Of a stretch of 64,000 nucleotides of DNA, positions 44,005 to 56,899 are shown one piece after another. The stretch's first letter is position 1; each line of letters begins with the position of its first letter. The position numbers and the translations under genes were made by a program. The notes below the pieces were generated by a model, which ran no database searches, was not told the DNA's origin, and saw nothing but the letters and a program-made list of their open reading frames with translations. The DNA comes from Anthoceros angustus. Lineage: Eukaryota > Plantae > Anthocerotophyta. The stretch lies in assembly GCA_010909165.1 (NCBI GenBank), contig VJWM01000063.1, positions 496,001 to 560,000 on the forward strand, in the 5' to 3' direction.

Positions 44005-46609
44005 TAGCAGTCACGTGATCTCAACGATCCATAACGGAAAAACGAAACCCTTTTCGGTTGCGAATCGCGAATCATGCTGTTGCGCGTTTCACAGCTTTCA
44101 AGGCGCGGGGGTGCGCGGGGGCGCGGGAAGGGGGGCAGGCCTGCATCCTGAGGGCGGTGCGGGTAAGAAGCTCGGGTGAAGAGGTGCTTCGGGTTTCACC
44201 CTTTGTTACCTTCGGGGGTAATTTTGGTGCTTGGACGGGGCTGCGGGAGGAGCAAGGGTCTTCAGGACGGGAGGGAGAAAGGAAGAGGACGAAGGAGAAG
44301 GAGACGGAGAAGAAGAAAGAAGAAGGGAGCTCATGATGGACTGATGAGGTTAAGGAAATGAGGTCTGTTAGGGCAGAGTGTACAGGAGCTGGCGAAGAGG
44401 GATCCCATGAAAGAATGGAGTCAAGCAAATGAGGTTGCTTAGAGCGTGTTGTATTCTTCAGCATGGATTCTAGAAGGTGCGATGCCGTGGACGGCTGGAG
44501 CACCTGCAGGCGTCATCTTGTGCTGCTATTGTGGCACGAGGTAGCAAAGGAAGGAGTGAGGAAGGAGCGATACATGGTCCTGGATCCTGCGGCTGCTAGC
44601 TTCGGGCTCGTGCCGATCTGGAACACGAGCCAGGACTCTAAGAGCTGGAGCAGGATGAGGGCCGGGCTGCAGCTGTGATGTCAGGAACCGCGGTTCTTCT
44701 TTGTCTTGTGTGCCCTAGCTTGACTGGAGCATAAAGGTTGTTTGTCTGATTGTCGAGTGCTGAGGTAGGAATGTGCTGGGACGAGGAACATGGGATACGG
44801 AAACGTGGCTGGAGGGCTGAGAAGTTGTTTACATATGTGTGTGTTGTGTGGGCATGGGGTGCACATGTATGTACAAGCTTGTGGCGCGGTAACATAGTGC
44901 GTGAGATGGGAAAAGTCTGTGAGCGATGGAGCAGGACTGGAGACTGGGCCTGGAGAGTCAGTGACGACGACCAACACATGCGGATGACCAGGCCGTCCGT
45001 GCAAGGTTATGCAGGGAATATATGGGCCCATGGGTGCGCCCGCCACAACGGAAGCATGATGGATAGTGCGGCAAGGCATTGCAAGGACTGATAATCCAAG
45101 ACCCCCTTTCTGGCGCTGTAGCAACCAACGCCACTCATGAAAGCCTCATGTTCCGGCTTCCCTTCCACACCACATCACCCTGGCTACTTGCTTTCATTCA
45201 TCGCCTTATTTTATTAGGCTGCTTGCTTCCAAGCAGATACGGATATCTGTATGTGTGCACCAGGTGTCTGGGAATGTGTGACTGTCCCCCCTCCGCCCCT
45301 CCCCCTGGCTCCTTTACTGGGTGGAGTGGAGTTGAAGTGGAGTAGACAAACCAGCCCATGAGCTGTTGATCGGAAGCAGCACCCCGCTGCTTGCTTGTAG
45401 CCCATTCTTGAGCGACCTGTACTCTGCTAGGCTGATTCTGCCTGTGGGCATGTTAGTGACATCCAAGAGGGGGGCTGTTCGAGGTGAAGGTGACTGGTGT
45501 GACTGAGCTTGACTGTCTTCCCCGAGGGGTTGAACAGACTTTGACGACCCCAAACCCCATGTTGCTTTGCACTAAACCGGGTCGGGCCGGGCCGGGCCGG
45601 CCCTGGCATACGGAATCCGGAAGTACCTTAGACAGGACTGTAATGGAGAGCAAATTTGAGAGAGAGGGGAGGGGAGAGCACACTTTCGCTGAGTTTGCCT
45701 GCTGGTACGCAGGAATCTTGGGCCTTTCGATCCTGCATGTTAGATCTGCTAAAACGCCTGCAGGATTCTGTAAGCAAAGCCAAGTGCAAAGCAGAGTTCC
45801 CTAGGAGATTACAGGAGACATGTATGTGGAGGGCTCATCAAGCACCAGATGGAGAAAACGATGGGTTTGCAGATGGGTGGGATCATGAGGTAGGCGTGAA
45901 CTGGAACCCATTATAGCCAGGCAGTACTGACCATTCAATGATGCTGTGGTAAAGATAGTGGGCGTGAACCTCATCGTTGCTGGTGGTGCTGCGCATACAC
46001 ACTGGTAACTCCCCCTCCCTATGCTCGTCAATTCATGCTCGCCGGTTCAGTTGCAAGATGCGACATACGCACCGGTCTCTCAAGAAACACATCGCAACTA
46101 AATTTCACAGCTCCGAGTCATTCCTGCAGGCACAATCCAGGCATACTGTCTTGTCTGGAACACACTTTCCATGCCTCGCGCGAGCCTTACAGCCCACATG
46201 GAGTTTGGCTCTTCTTCCCACAAGAGAAAAAGACCCGCCTCTTCATCGTGATCACCCATCCCTCGGACGCAGTGGGTTTTCGGCAGCTCAACACCGCCCC
46301 TATGCCTAACCAGTACATACCAACGACATGCCCCAGGTTAGTGTCTCAGACATTTGACATAAACGTAACCACCCATGTCTAAGCTACGTCTCAATCATTC
46401 TGATACACCCGCAAATGGAGACAGCACCAGGGTCTCTGTCCTGTCTTATTGTTCATGATCCTTCTACAAAACTGTGGAGGGCGACGCCGACAACCTCCAG
46501 GTCCACCAGTTTTGGTGGTCAAAGTCTGGTTGGACCTTGAAACGGGCTTCGAAAGATAAGGGCCGATGACGTACTCATCGGGTCAGGAAACGGTGAAGCC
46601 GGTTGATTG

Positions 46610-49245
46610 TTACTTCGCCCCTTTGCTTTGAGAATGTAAAAACACGGCAGCGGACACCATCCTGAGGACCAAACCAAGTGCGACTGTCAGCTTCCAGCAG
46701 TGCAGGGTGATGCCTTCACTCACAGGCACACTATAGTGATATGTTGCACTTACAATGTACCGACAACGAAGGGCAAACTCAGCTTGTAATTGAAGAAGAT
46801 CTTCGACACAAGCGCTGTGAGAAGCATTGCCACTGAGGTGGCATACACCTGCACATCAGTTAAGGTAAAAGCATCAGTGCTCAATGACCTGTCCAGACTA
46901 GGGACCCCACAAAACTGGATTGGGAAAGTCGTACCTTCACAATGTTGTCAGCATACTTCATCACCATTGAGACAGCAATTCCACTGCAATTCCACGAAGG
47001 AAGCAATGTTAGTAATCTCGATGCTGGCAAAGGAAACAGAGGCTGCAGCCCCAGAAGGTTCACTAAGCCACACTCACCTGAGAGCGTGGTTGATTATCAT
47101 AATCACCACAGCCCATGTATAGCCATAGAATATTCCTCTGCATCAGCCGGCATCTGCTTGAGCAACATAGCCAGACATCTCTGATTGTGTGGGGCTTGAG
47201 ACGCAGTTACCTGTCAGCAATTTGATTGAAATCTTGTGTAACCATGGCGAACACATTGAACACCACACCAAACACATAAAGCCAGAAGTTCTGGACGTTT
47301 ATGTTCCTGAAGGGCCTCTCTTTCATAATCACCTAATAGGAGAACCACGACAAGCGCAGTTGCAGTGATTATGCACGTGAACAATGCACTGGCACTCCAT
47401 GAGTGCAGAATAGAAGCAGCAACAAGGTCAGACTAACCTCTGTATAGATGCCCGCGGCACCACTAAGTAGTGCCATAACCTGAACACGTAACAGATTAGG
47501 AGGCCAGCCACGAATGTACAGCATGAAAGACAATTACATAGACGAAGATAGGGGAAGAAACATACAATCGAGATTATCCATCCCTGTATCGGTGTGTCAA
47601 ACACATAGTAGGATCTGCAAGACCAGACATACGAAAGAAAATAAATAATTCCATGGGTCGCATTCAATCTGGAGCTCTGCAAGAAAGAAATTGAAGGACT
47701 GAATAGCAAATAAAAAGGAAGAGCAAAAAGGGAGACAAGGTACACGGAGTTCAGCTGCGCAGTTGTGCATCCTATTGTTAGCAGTGCGAATGCTGCCCAT
47801 TGTCTGGTGCTCAGCCTGGGACCGTCATGCCATATCAGGAATAATCAGGAGTCTGCCCATCTTCAAACTGCATTGCCATCCTTAAATTTCCTACGACTCA
47901 CGTTTTTTTCAGAAACATCCAATATAGTAGACCAGTGGAGATGATGTTCAGGTTCTTCAATATTTGATATGCGGGTGCATCAACGTACAGAAAGATGTGG
48001 TACTGCAGGTGAACAGATCACGGAAATGAGAAGCCATGTAGGTCACCAGCAAGTTTGTAGATTGAGTGTAAAGCACATCCACCAACCTGAAGAAGGTTCT
48101 TGATGAGGTACAGAGCAGCTGGAATTGGGTAGACCTTCAACTCATCCCACGAGGAGCTTAGGCTGCAGAATGAAGTGCTCAGAATCAACTTCCTCACGGA
48201 CTACACTACGCATGCATGCTACCCTCCTCGGTGTCTTTCTACCCTGTTCTTTCTCAAGAAAGTACCAGCTCCACATTACAGTGCTTTGCCAGATTGCATA
48301 ATTTCTCAAAAGACTCCTGCTTGAGTGTGCAGATTACATATTTACTTGTTATCTTCAGAGACGCCCTCTGTCACCCAAGTTCGTACAAGAGCCAGCAGTG
48401 AGATGCAACACTTCAGGACCTCGACCTGATCAGCGTACACATCCCAGTTCTGAAGATCACCATCACACAGAAGAGACTGCGAAATTTCTTCTTCCAACCT
48501 TCCCACAGGCATCTCTACCTTGACCACACAAGAATGAAGGTGGAAGTACTAATACCATGCAATTTGCTGAAGTGATGCTGTAATCGTAACGTTGCGTCTT
48601 CCTCTTGGACCAAGCAATCAAAATGCCCTGGGAGCTGGTTAAAAGTGTGAGAGCCACAGTCACGACGGCCCTGAGCATGTGAAATTTGTCCGTTAGACGC
48701 ATGACCGCTCAACCAATGCCTGCCATACACCAATTACCGTGGACTCACTTGCGCCCCCATTGTGAAACTACCGCAGATGTCTGGCACTCCGTACGCCCTT
48801 TCAGACAAACTGCACCAGGAAAGAGACCATACCAGAGGTCAGAAACCCAACAACATTTTGCAATTCCCTTCTCCAAGAAGCAAAACAAAAAAGAAGAGAC
48901 ATCATACAGACCCCCGTCATCTGCCTCCGGCTTCACAGTAGCCTCCTCTTCGTCAATGAGCTTGCGCTCCTGCAAGCCATTGGCAATTGCAGTGTATTTT
49001 GCTGGCAGAGTTCGTTCGAATTGCAATACTTCCAAGAAAGAGGGGGCCAAGGGAGGGGAGTGTCCACTTGCTGCAAACCTGGTCCCTGAGCTTCCTGTTC
49101 TCCATGCCCACAAAATACTGTGCTGAGTGACGGCAAAGATGAAATTGGGTCCGTCAGTCACATCGCATTGCGGCCATCGCCTTGGGCACGCACACCCACA
49201 GACACACAATAGAGTGCCAGGTGGCGCGTAAATGCCGCCTTCCAT
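46610..49245 (-). CDS. Nucleotide-sugar transporter, SLC35A/CMP-sialic-acid-transporter-like (CSTLP); start codon uncertain
   Basis: Exons encode WGRK|AVVTVALTLLTSSQGILIAWSKRK..YDYSITSAN, VEVLKCCISLLALVRTW..GVSEDNK, SGIAVSMVMKYADNIVK, VYATSVAMLLTALVS, MVSAAVFLHSQSKGAK* (TAA at 46610-46612). Confidence 0.88.
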
Positions 49246-50220
49246 CTCTGATTTTTGCGGATGTTTTTGGGGTCTACAACCCGGTTCACACAGCGGGGTG
49301 GGCGACGAAACGACGGCCGCGGGATGATGGCAGCGGGATGATGGCAGGCCACGCCTGACGGAGTCAGACAAAAGCGATGCGTAGAAGCTCGCAGATCGAT
49401 ACACGGCAGCTCTATACTTGCCAAGTCCGCAAGCTGATCTTGCCTGTGGCGAGTGGGCATTGCTAGGCCTGGTGCTCGCTGCCTGCGACGAAGTCCTGCC
49501 CACACTGCTCTCTCGAGCGGGTACCTGTAACCTGCTCTGCTTCTGCTGTAGCTCCTCTGAGATAGAGCCTGCTGCTCCTGCTCAACTGCTGCTGCACCTG
49601 TACCTCCCTCAGGACCTGCACCTGAACTTGCAGCTTTTCTCGCTGTCTGTGGCTGTTGCTGGGGTGGTGCCCAGTTTGTGATCTCGGCTTCCCATGAATG
49701 CAGTTGTCCGGACCCAGCCTCTGGATGCGGTCGCTGCATGCGCAAGGAATCGGGAGGTACTGGGGGCTGCCCTAGGGAGGTAGGTCGGGGTGGATTGCGT
49801 GCTGGGTTGTGTTGCTGAATTCGGAGCAGGCAGTGGAATGCGATGACAGGGATTCTCGGGGACGATGGTGGGTCTCCGGCTGCTGCCGCACAGATTGTGG
49901 GAAGTGGGAGGCGTTGGAGCTGGTTGAGGTGGATGGGCTCCAGCTGAGCTGAAGGAGGAAAGTGCGGTGGGGCAGGAATTTTGGGAGGGGTTTAGCACAG
50001 GTTTGGAAGGATTGGGATGAGTAGCAGCGGCATTCTCTCAGGAGAATATGAATGCAGCGAACATTTTCTGTAAGAAGTTGACGGATATCCCTGGATAGGA
50101 CTGGCTGCTCATGTGAAGCCTTAGGGTAGGCTCAGGACGAGTGAGAGTATCGTTGGAGGAGCAGGAGGAGTTTTCTTTGCAATCGGTTTATTGTAGCTGG
50201 CACAGTCGTCAGCAGCTATG

Positions 50221-53200
50221 ATGCAGTTCGCCAAGCTGGATGATTCTCCTATGTTCAGGAAACAGGTACATATCGTGCCTTCATATTTTCGGTTGGCTAT
50301 TGCTGCGGAATGAAGCCATGCATTGATGTTGGTTGAGCTGTTTCAGCTTCAACAACTGGAGGAGAGTGCCGAAGCTCTGCGCGACCGATGTCAGAAATTC
50401 TATAAAGGGTGCAAGAAATACACGTAATGTCCTGGACGCGCTGATGAGGGAGATTCAGTACCTGTACCGCTCTTGCTGGCTGAAGTCGGGTGCGATGATT
50501 ACTGTGTGTGAACGTTGATGCAGGGACGGGCTGGGTGATGCCTACGATGGAGACCTTGCTTTTGCAACTGCGTTGGAAAATTTCGGAGGTGGCCATGATG
50601 ATCCTATTAGCGTGGCGGTCGGAGGTTGTGCTCTATCCGGATTATACTTTTGTGGCATTGCTAGGATTATAGGGTCTGGAAGGCAGCCCATAACATTGCA
50701 TGGTCATCTTGCAGGCCCAGTGATGACCAAATTCACTATTGCTCTCCGAGAGATTGGTACCTACAAAGAGGTCCTTCGATCACAAGTAGGTGGTCACTGT
50801 GAGCTGAGGAAAGCTTGTGTTTCAGTTCAAGAAACCAAAGATATACTTGATGTGTGATCGGATTATCTTCTGCACTGTAAATGGGCTACTCTAACTATCT
50901 GCTAGCATCTCGACCTTGACCGGTCGGTGTTTTCTGGCATGTAGGTGGAGCACATGCTAAATGATCGTCTTACGCAGTTCGTGAGTGTGGATCTTCAAGA
51001 CGTCAAGGTGTGTCCTCAATTCAGTTGCATGTTCTCTGCCGTTCTCCAAAGCCCCTGTCTGTCGTTAGTGGGTCTGCAGGCTAATTGCTCCCTAATAACC
51101 AGCTTCCTATTTTTTGGGGTGACTGATCGCAGACTGTCAAGGTTGGTGACGCGCTTACAACTCAGGATATGCTGGCTTATTTTCTGCATAGCTGGTTATA
51201 CTGCTTTGGGCTTTACAGCTCTATGCTGCAGGAGAATCAAAAAAATTGGTTAAATTCTTGTGTAGCTTTCTGGTGATGGTGATATTAGGGCATGTTCCAG
51301 GTCTGCTAGCTGCAGAGCTATTCCCTGGCCTTGAAACCAGTGAAAGACTCATCATGTCGATGTTGCTGTAGAGTAAACCAGCATTAGCTTACTTGTAATA
51401 TGGTTCGAGACCCTTGCTGTGTAGAACCCCAACCAGTGGTTCTTCTCATTCTATCTCCCAGCCTTCACTGCTCGTTAGATTTTGAACAGTATGCTGCATA
51501 GTAAGTCAGGAGAATATGGTGCAGTTGAAGTTTGTAAGATGTTTACTGACGAGGTCTGTTCAAAATTCATGCATGATACCTGAGCTGCTGTTTATTTGCA
51601 GGAAGTGAGGAAACGATTCGATAAGGCAAGCCTGCAATATGACCAGGTAGTAATGCCCCTATGAGCGCCAAACGCTTTCAATTTCTCTTACCATCGAAGC
51701 TACAGGCAGTTTGCTCTTTCGGGATGCTGGGTTGGAGCTGTTATTGCTGGTAGGCCTTTTTGCTTGTTCTTATTGAGCCCTGAAACAGGTCCGAGAGAAG
51801 TTCTTATCATTGAAGAAAGATGCAAAACCTGATGTTATTGCTGAAGCTGAGGAGGTATGCTGTCTTATTTAAGCTTAGCTGTAGTGAAGGTGAAGCTTTG
51901 TGCAGATATCCTCTACATTTTGTGTCCACTGACATCTTGCATGACACTTTGCAGGACGTAAGGAATGCAAGGTCACTGTTTGAGCAGACGCGGTTCAACC
52001 TTGTATGTGATCAGTCACCCTTCTATAGTACTAAGGGAAATGAAATGGACAGATCCAAATAGGCTTTAATTTGTCTTTGTTTGATGTGGCCCCCGGTTGA
52101 CAATGTGCAAACTCTGCTTGCAGGTGACAGCTCTCTCCAACATTGAATCAAAGAAGAAGTTTGAGTTCTTAGAATCCGTGAGTGGTACAATGGATGCACA
52201 TTTACGTTACTTCAAACAGGTATGTCTCCTCCCCAGGTTGTTTCTACTATATCACGTCCTTTGAGATCTAGTGTTGAAAAGCCAATTTTAAGGGCATTGA
52301 GCTTAACAAGTCGGTTGTAAACACGTGGGTTCCTAGGGATATGAGCTACTTCATCAAATGGAACCATACATTCATCAGGTAAGCCACTTGGGTTTTCCAA
52401 TCCAGAGAATCTTAATTCATTGGGTCGACCAAGCACCTGCTAAAAACAGTGGATTCATCAAAACCTCGTGCACAGGTTCTCACATATGCTCAACAATCTC
52501 GCGAGCGAGCTAATTTTGAGCAAGCAGCACTAGCAGACAGGATGCAAGAGTTTAGAAGACAAATGGAAAGGGAATCTCTTCGCTCCAGTGATGAAGTGTC
52601 ATCAGCCGGTGATGGTATTCAGGCTGTTGGGAAGAGTTCTCATAAGCAAATTGAAGCTGTCATGCAGTCAACTCCCAAGGGCAAGGTGTGGACAGTTTGT
52701 AGTTTGTACGTGTAGGCTCGAAGATTACTTCGGTTTTGTTTCCTTCTTGACATTGCTTGTGCCTCCATTCCTGCAGATACAGACAATAAAACAAGGGTAT
52801 CTACTTAAACGATCCTCCAATTTACGTGGTGATTGGAAACGAAGATTCTTTGTTCTCGACAGCCGAGGCATGCTGTACTACTATCGAAAACAGTGGGGCA
52901 AGCCAACTGTAAGTCTAACTACTTGGCTTCTCTTGACGTTGAAGGGACCTAGGCTTCTGCCCAGATGCTTTCAACGGCATGGTTGCTGGATCATCATGCC
53001 GGTAAGAAGTCATAACATCTTTCTGAGTTGCTGAGGTACTTCATCACTTGCTCCCTGAGACGTTGCAGGATGACAAGACAATTGCACACCATACAGTGAA
53101 TTTGCTTACAGCTACCATAAAAGTTGATGCCGAGCAGAGTGATCTTCGATTCTGCTTTCGAATAATATCGCCTACCAAGAACTACACGCTCCAGGTGAGA

Positions 53201-55460
53201 GAGCTTTCGGTCCTTTTTGCACTTTGTTTAAGCTGTCATCCAGGTAAATGGAGAATTTGTCACCGTGACACCAACTGGTTTCTCCTAGTGCATGATTGTA
53301 CCTTTACTGCTAATGTTTCTATTGTGCAGGCTGAGAACGCAATTGATCGAATGGATTGGATGGACAAGATCACTGGAGTGATTGCCTCCCTTTTGAACTC
53401 TCAAGTGACAGACCAGGTAATGGACAAGCCCACAAATTACCGTCCAAATCTCCAGCACCTGAATTGAGCATGATGATAAATCATGTTGGGACTCAGTGGA
53501 ATCCTAGAGCTGCAGTAGAATGTCCGCACATCTCAGAAAACGTTGTGTTTACTTCAGAGACCTCCTCGGAGTCCAATGCTCGGGCACAATCGCACGGCCA
53601 GTGAGAGCAGCTCTGTGGGCTCGGATTTTGACCATGTGACGCTGGATGAGAGGGGCCATTATTCAGCCCCTCGGCGTGACCCCTCTTCCCGGGGCATGCA
53701 ATTGACCTATCCTGGGCATGATTATCATGAGAGGCCCCTCGACATTTTGAGGCGTGTAGCCGGGAATGATGTGTGTGCAGACTGTGGGGCCCTAGATCCA
53801 GATTGGGCCTCCCTAAACTTGGGTATTCTTGTGTGTATAGAGTGCTCAGGTGTACACAGAAACCTCGGGGTTCACATTTCCAAGGTATTGTACACCTTCG
53901 TTTTCCTTTTCTGCGTGATTGAGCCTTCACCTGGTGGAGAAATATCTCTTCTCTCCGTTCACTGATGCCTGTACTGGTTCATAGGAAATGTGGGATCAAT
54001 TTTATTGAAATCAAACGAATTTATAGGCGGAAATGCTTTGAGTGGACTAACAGTTTGAATGGTTTTTTTTTGGGTACAGATGCGGTCGTTGACGCTGGAT
54101 GTGAAGGTGTGGGAACCTTCAGTTATTGGATATTTCCAATCCATTGGCAATCAATATTCAAATTCAATATGGGAGGAGCTTCTTCCACGGTGGGAAAATG
54201 ACCGAAGGGCTCGAAGTGCATCAACTGGTGGCATACTAGATAGGTGTATATTTGATATACACCTATCTAGCATAATTTTTTTATATTATATTTTATTAGA
54301 GTGACATGTGTACTAGTGTTCGTGTCTTTTATGCTGATGCCTTAGCAGAATTTGTGCTAACCCTGTCTGTGGTCTGCTGAGCAGAGCTGCTGACAGACCC
54401 TCTGTGGATGTACTCAGAGTGAAACCAGATGCAAGGGATCCACTTCCGATCAAGGAAAGGTTTATTCAAGCTAAGGTAGACTCATATTGTTGAGGGCTTC
54501 TAATGAGCAATTTGTTTGCCTGTTTGTGTGTTTGTCTATTTTCATCTTTTCTTGCTCCGGTTCCTTGCACATTGCTGATTCACTTTGCCCCCAAAGAAGC
54601 AGAAAAGTGGCTGGTTACTGAAGCAAGGTTATCGATGTGAAAGTCTGATAATATTCTTTGTGGGCAGTATGTGGAGAAGAGGTTTGTGCAGAGGCTGAAG
54701 TACGATCCTAGAGGTCCAACGGTGGCAAGAAGCATGTGGGATGCAGTTCAAGAGGGTAATAAGCAGGTTGTACTTCGTCTGATAGTCACAGCAGATGGTG
54801 ATGTAAATACCACGTATGAGCAAGCAATGGCTGCCGAAGGATCTCCTCTTCTGCGTGGATCAAGCGGAGCTAGAAAGTTCCTGGATATGTCCAACAGCAC
54901 CAGGAGCAGTTGGAGTGGCCCCATCGGTGTTGGCTCCACCTCCCCCTCCTTAGTGCATTCCCGGTCGGTTGCCTCTTCACTCACATCAAGCCCTGTCTCT
55001 AGGACTGTGGCTAATGTCGCGGCGTCTAATGCTTTCCTGAAAATTGAAGTGGAGAAGGATATGCATGGGTGCACATTGCTTCACTTGGCCTGCCAGATGG
55101 GTAATCTGTCTATGGTTGAGCTGCTTCTTCAATACGGGGCTGCAGTCAATGCTACCGACAGATTGGGAAGGTCACCGCTTCACCATTGTATTCTATATGG
55201 CAAAAATTACTGTGCCAAGTTGCTGCTATCCAGGTATTCTCCCAAGCTAAGCAAATCTGTAGTGTGATGTGGATTCAGTTGTCCTGCTCTGAGACTTTTG
55301 GTATGAGAAGAACGATTATGATTCATTCTGTACTTGCAGAGGAGCTGACCCTTCAGCTGTGGATGGTGGAGGAAAGACTCCACTGGAGAGTGCTGTGGAG
55401 ATTGGTGCTATTACGGACGAGGAGCTGTTCGTCATGTTGGCAGAATCCTCGCACAGCTAA
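50221..55460 (+). CDS. ARF-GAP with BAR-PH-ArfGAP-ankyrin architecture (AGD1-4/VAN3 class), multi-exon
   Basis: [15 protein letters not shown]; [25 protein letters not shown]; [39 protein letters not shown]; Arf[40 protein letters not shown]; ankyrin [10 protein letters not shown]; ends LAESSHS*. Confidence 0.95.
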
Positions 55461-56089
55461 TATTTAGTTCCAACCATCAGGTGTATAGTACAACAAATTG
55501 CTGATTGTGATCATGTATGATGGTAAACAGTTAGACGATTCTTTCTCCAGCATGGAGGGGGAGTTCATTTGGTGGCCGGTGGAAGCAGGCTTCAATCAAG
55601 GGATTGGGTGTGGAAACCATGAGATAGTCTTGTATCGTGGATCAGTCTTCTGAGATATCTTGTGTATTTAATTCTTGCTCAGAAGCCAGCGAAGGAATTT
55701 GAACTGCAGAATTCACATACTAGCAGTCTTCAATACATGGAATTCACAAAATTTACCCACTCTCATCGCTTCCAAGTTCTCACTCGTCGAATTCGATCCC
55801 GAAATCACGCTCGGGCCTTAAGTGACAAAGGCGAGGATTACAAAAAGCCAAAGGCTGATATCAAGGTTCCTATACCCCCTGAGTCTCACGACCGATCCCT
55901 GCTTGGTTTGCGTCACTTCTGTATCAGCAGTACCCTTCGGCAGCCAGATGCAGGCCACTGTTATCTTGGTTCTTTTGTCTGTATCTGCTCTCACCGTACA
56001 TGTTGTGCTGGCTTCAGACAAGTGTGGCCAGCTTGCCTCTCAGACTTTTGGCAACAGAAGATTTAATGTGATTCATTCTGTACTTGCAG

Positions 56090-56216
56090 AAGAGCTGACC
56101 CTTCTGCTGTAGATGGTGGCAGTGGAGGAAAGACTCCACTGGAGAGTCCTGTGGAGATTGGTGCTATAACAAATGAGGAGTTGTCCATCATGTTGGCAGA
56201 ATCCTCACACAGCTGA
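56090..56216 (+). other. Tandem duplicate of the ARF-GAP terminal exon (intact acceptor, frame and stop)
   Basis: Homologous to 55340-55460 at offset 750; identical acceptor GTACTTGCAG; reads [41 protein letters not shown]; 3' flank also duplicated. Confidence 0.85.
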
Positions 56217-56899
56217 TATTTAGTTCCAGCCATCAATTGTACAGTACAACAAGATGCTGATTTGTGATCATGTATGATGGTAAACAGTTAGACGATTCTT
56301 TCTCCAACATGGAGGAGAGTTCATTTGGTGGCCGGTGGAAACCATGAAAAAGTCTTGTATGTACCGTGGATCAGTCTTTGGAAATACCTTGTGTATCTCC
56401 CTAAACCCTAAACCCAATTCTTGCTCAGAAGTCAGCCAAGGAATTGAACTGCAGAACTCACATACTAGCAAGATTTAGAGCAGGAGCCCGTTTGGTTGTT
56501 GCCGCATAAATTCAGCAGTGGCTTATTCCTCTGCCTTTGGATCCATCCTTGAGAATCCCGTTCCCGGCTTTCAGTTATGTACGCGAAATATCTTAGTTCA
56601 CGCATTCGAAATATCTAAATTCACGCATTCGGAATAGGTACAGACATATCTTAAGGTTGACGCATTCTCAGCAGTCAGTGCCGGCCACGTTATCTTGGTT
56701 CCTTTGTCCCTAGCCTCTGCCGGCTATGACGGTCATCCGTCCTTAGTGGACTGAAAAACAGTTTTTCTTCTTTTCTCACTGTAGGTGTTGAGCCGGCTTG
56801 GGGTCAGCTTGCCTCTGCCAAGTCAACTGGCAGGGCCCATGCCTTCCATAAATCCGTCAGCCGCAAGATTGGCTGGAGGATTCCTCAGGCCCTCTCCCA

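Noticed and set aside
44325-44350. miR159/319-like AAGGGAGCTC and C-box-like TGATGA
   Set aside because: Only short partial matches; no precursor fold or D box partner could be identified.
48745-49503. 252-aa ORF as a stand-alone gene
   Set aside because: Read-through of 5' exons and introns of the nucleotide-sugar transporter; it ends at the CGCAA|GTGAGT donor.
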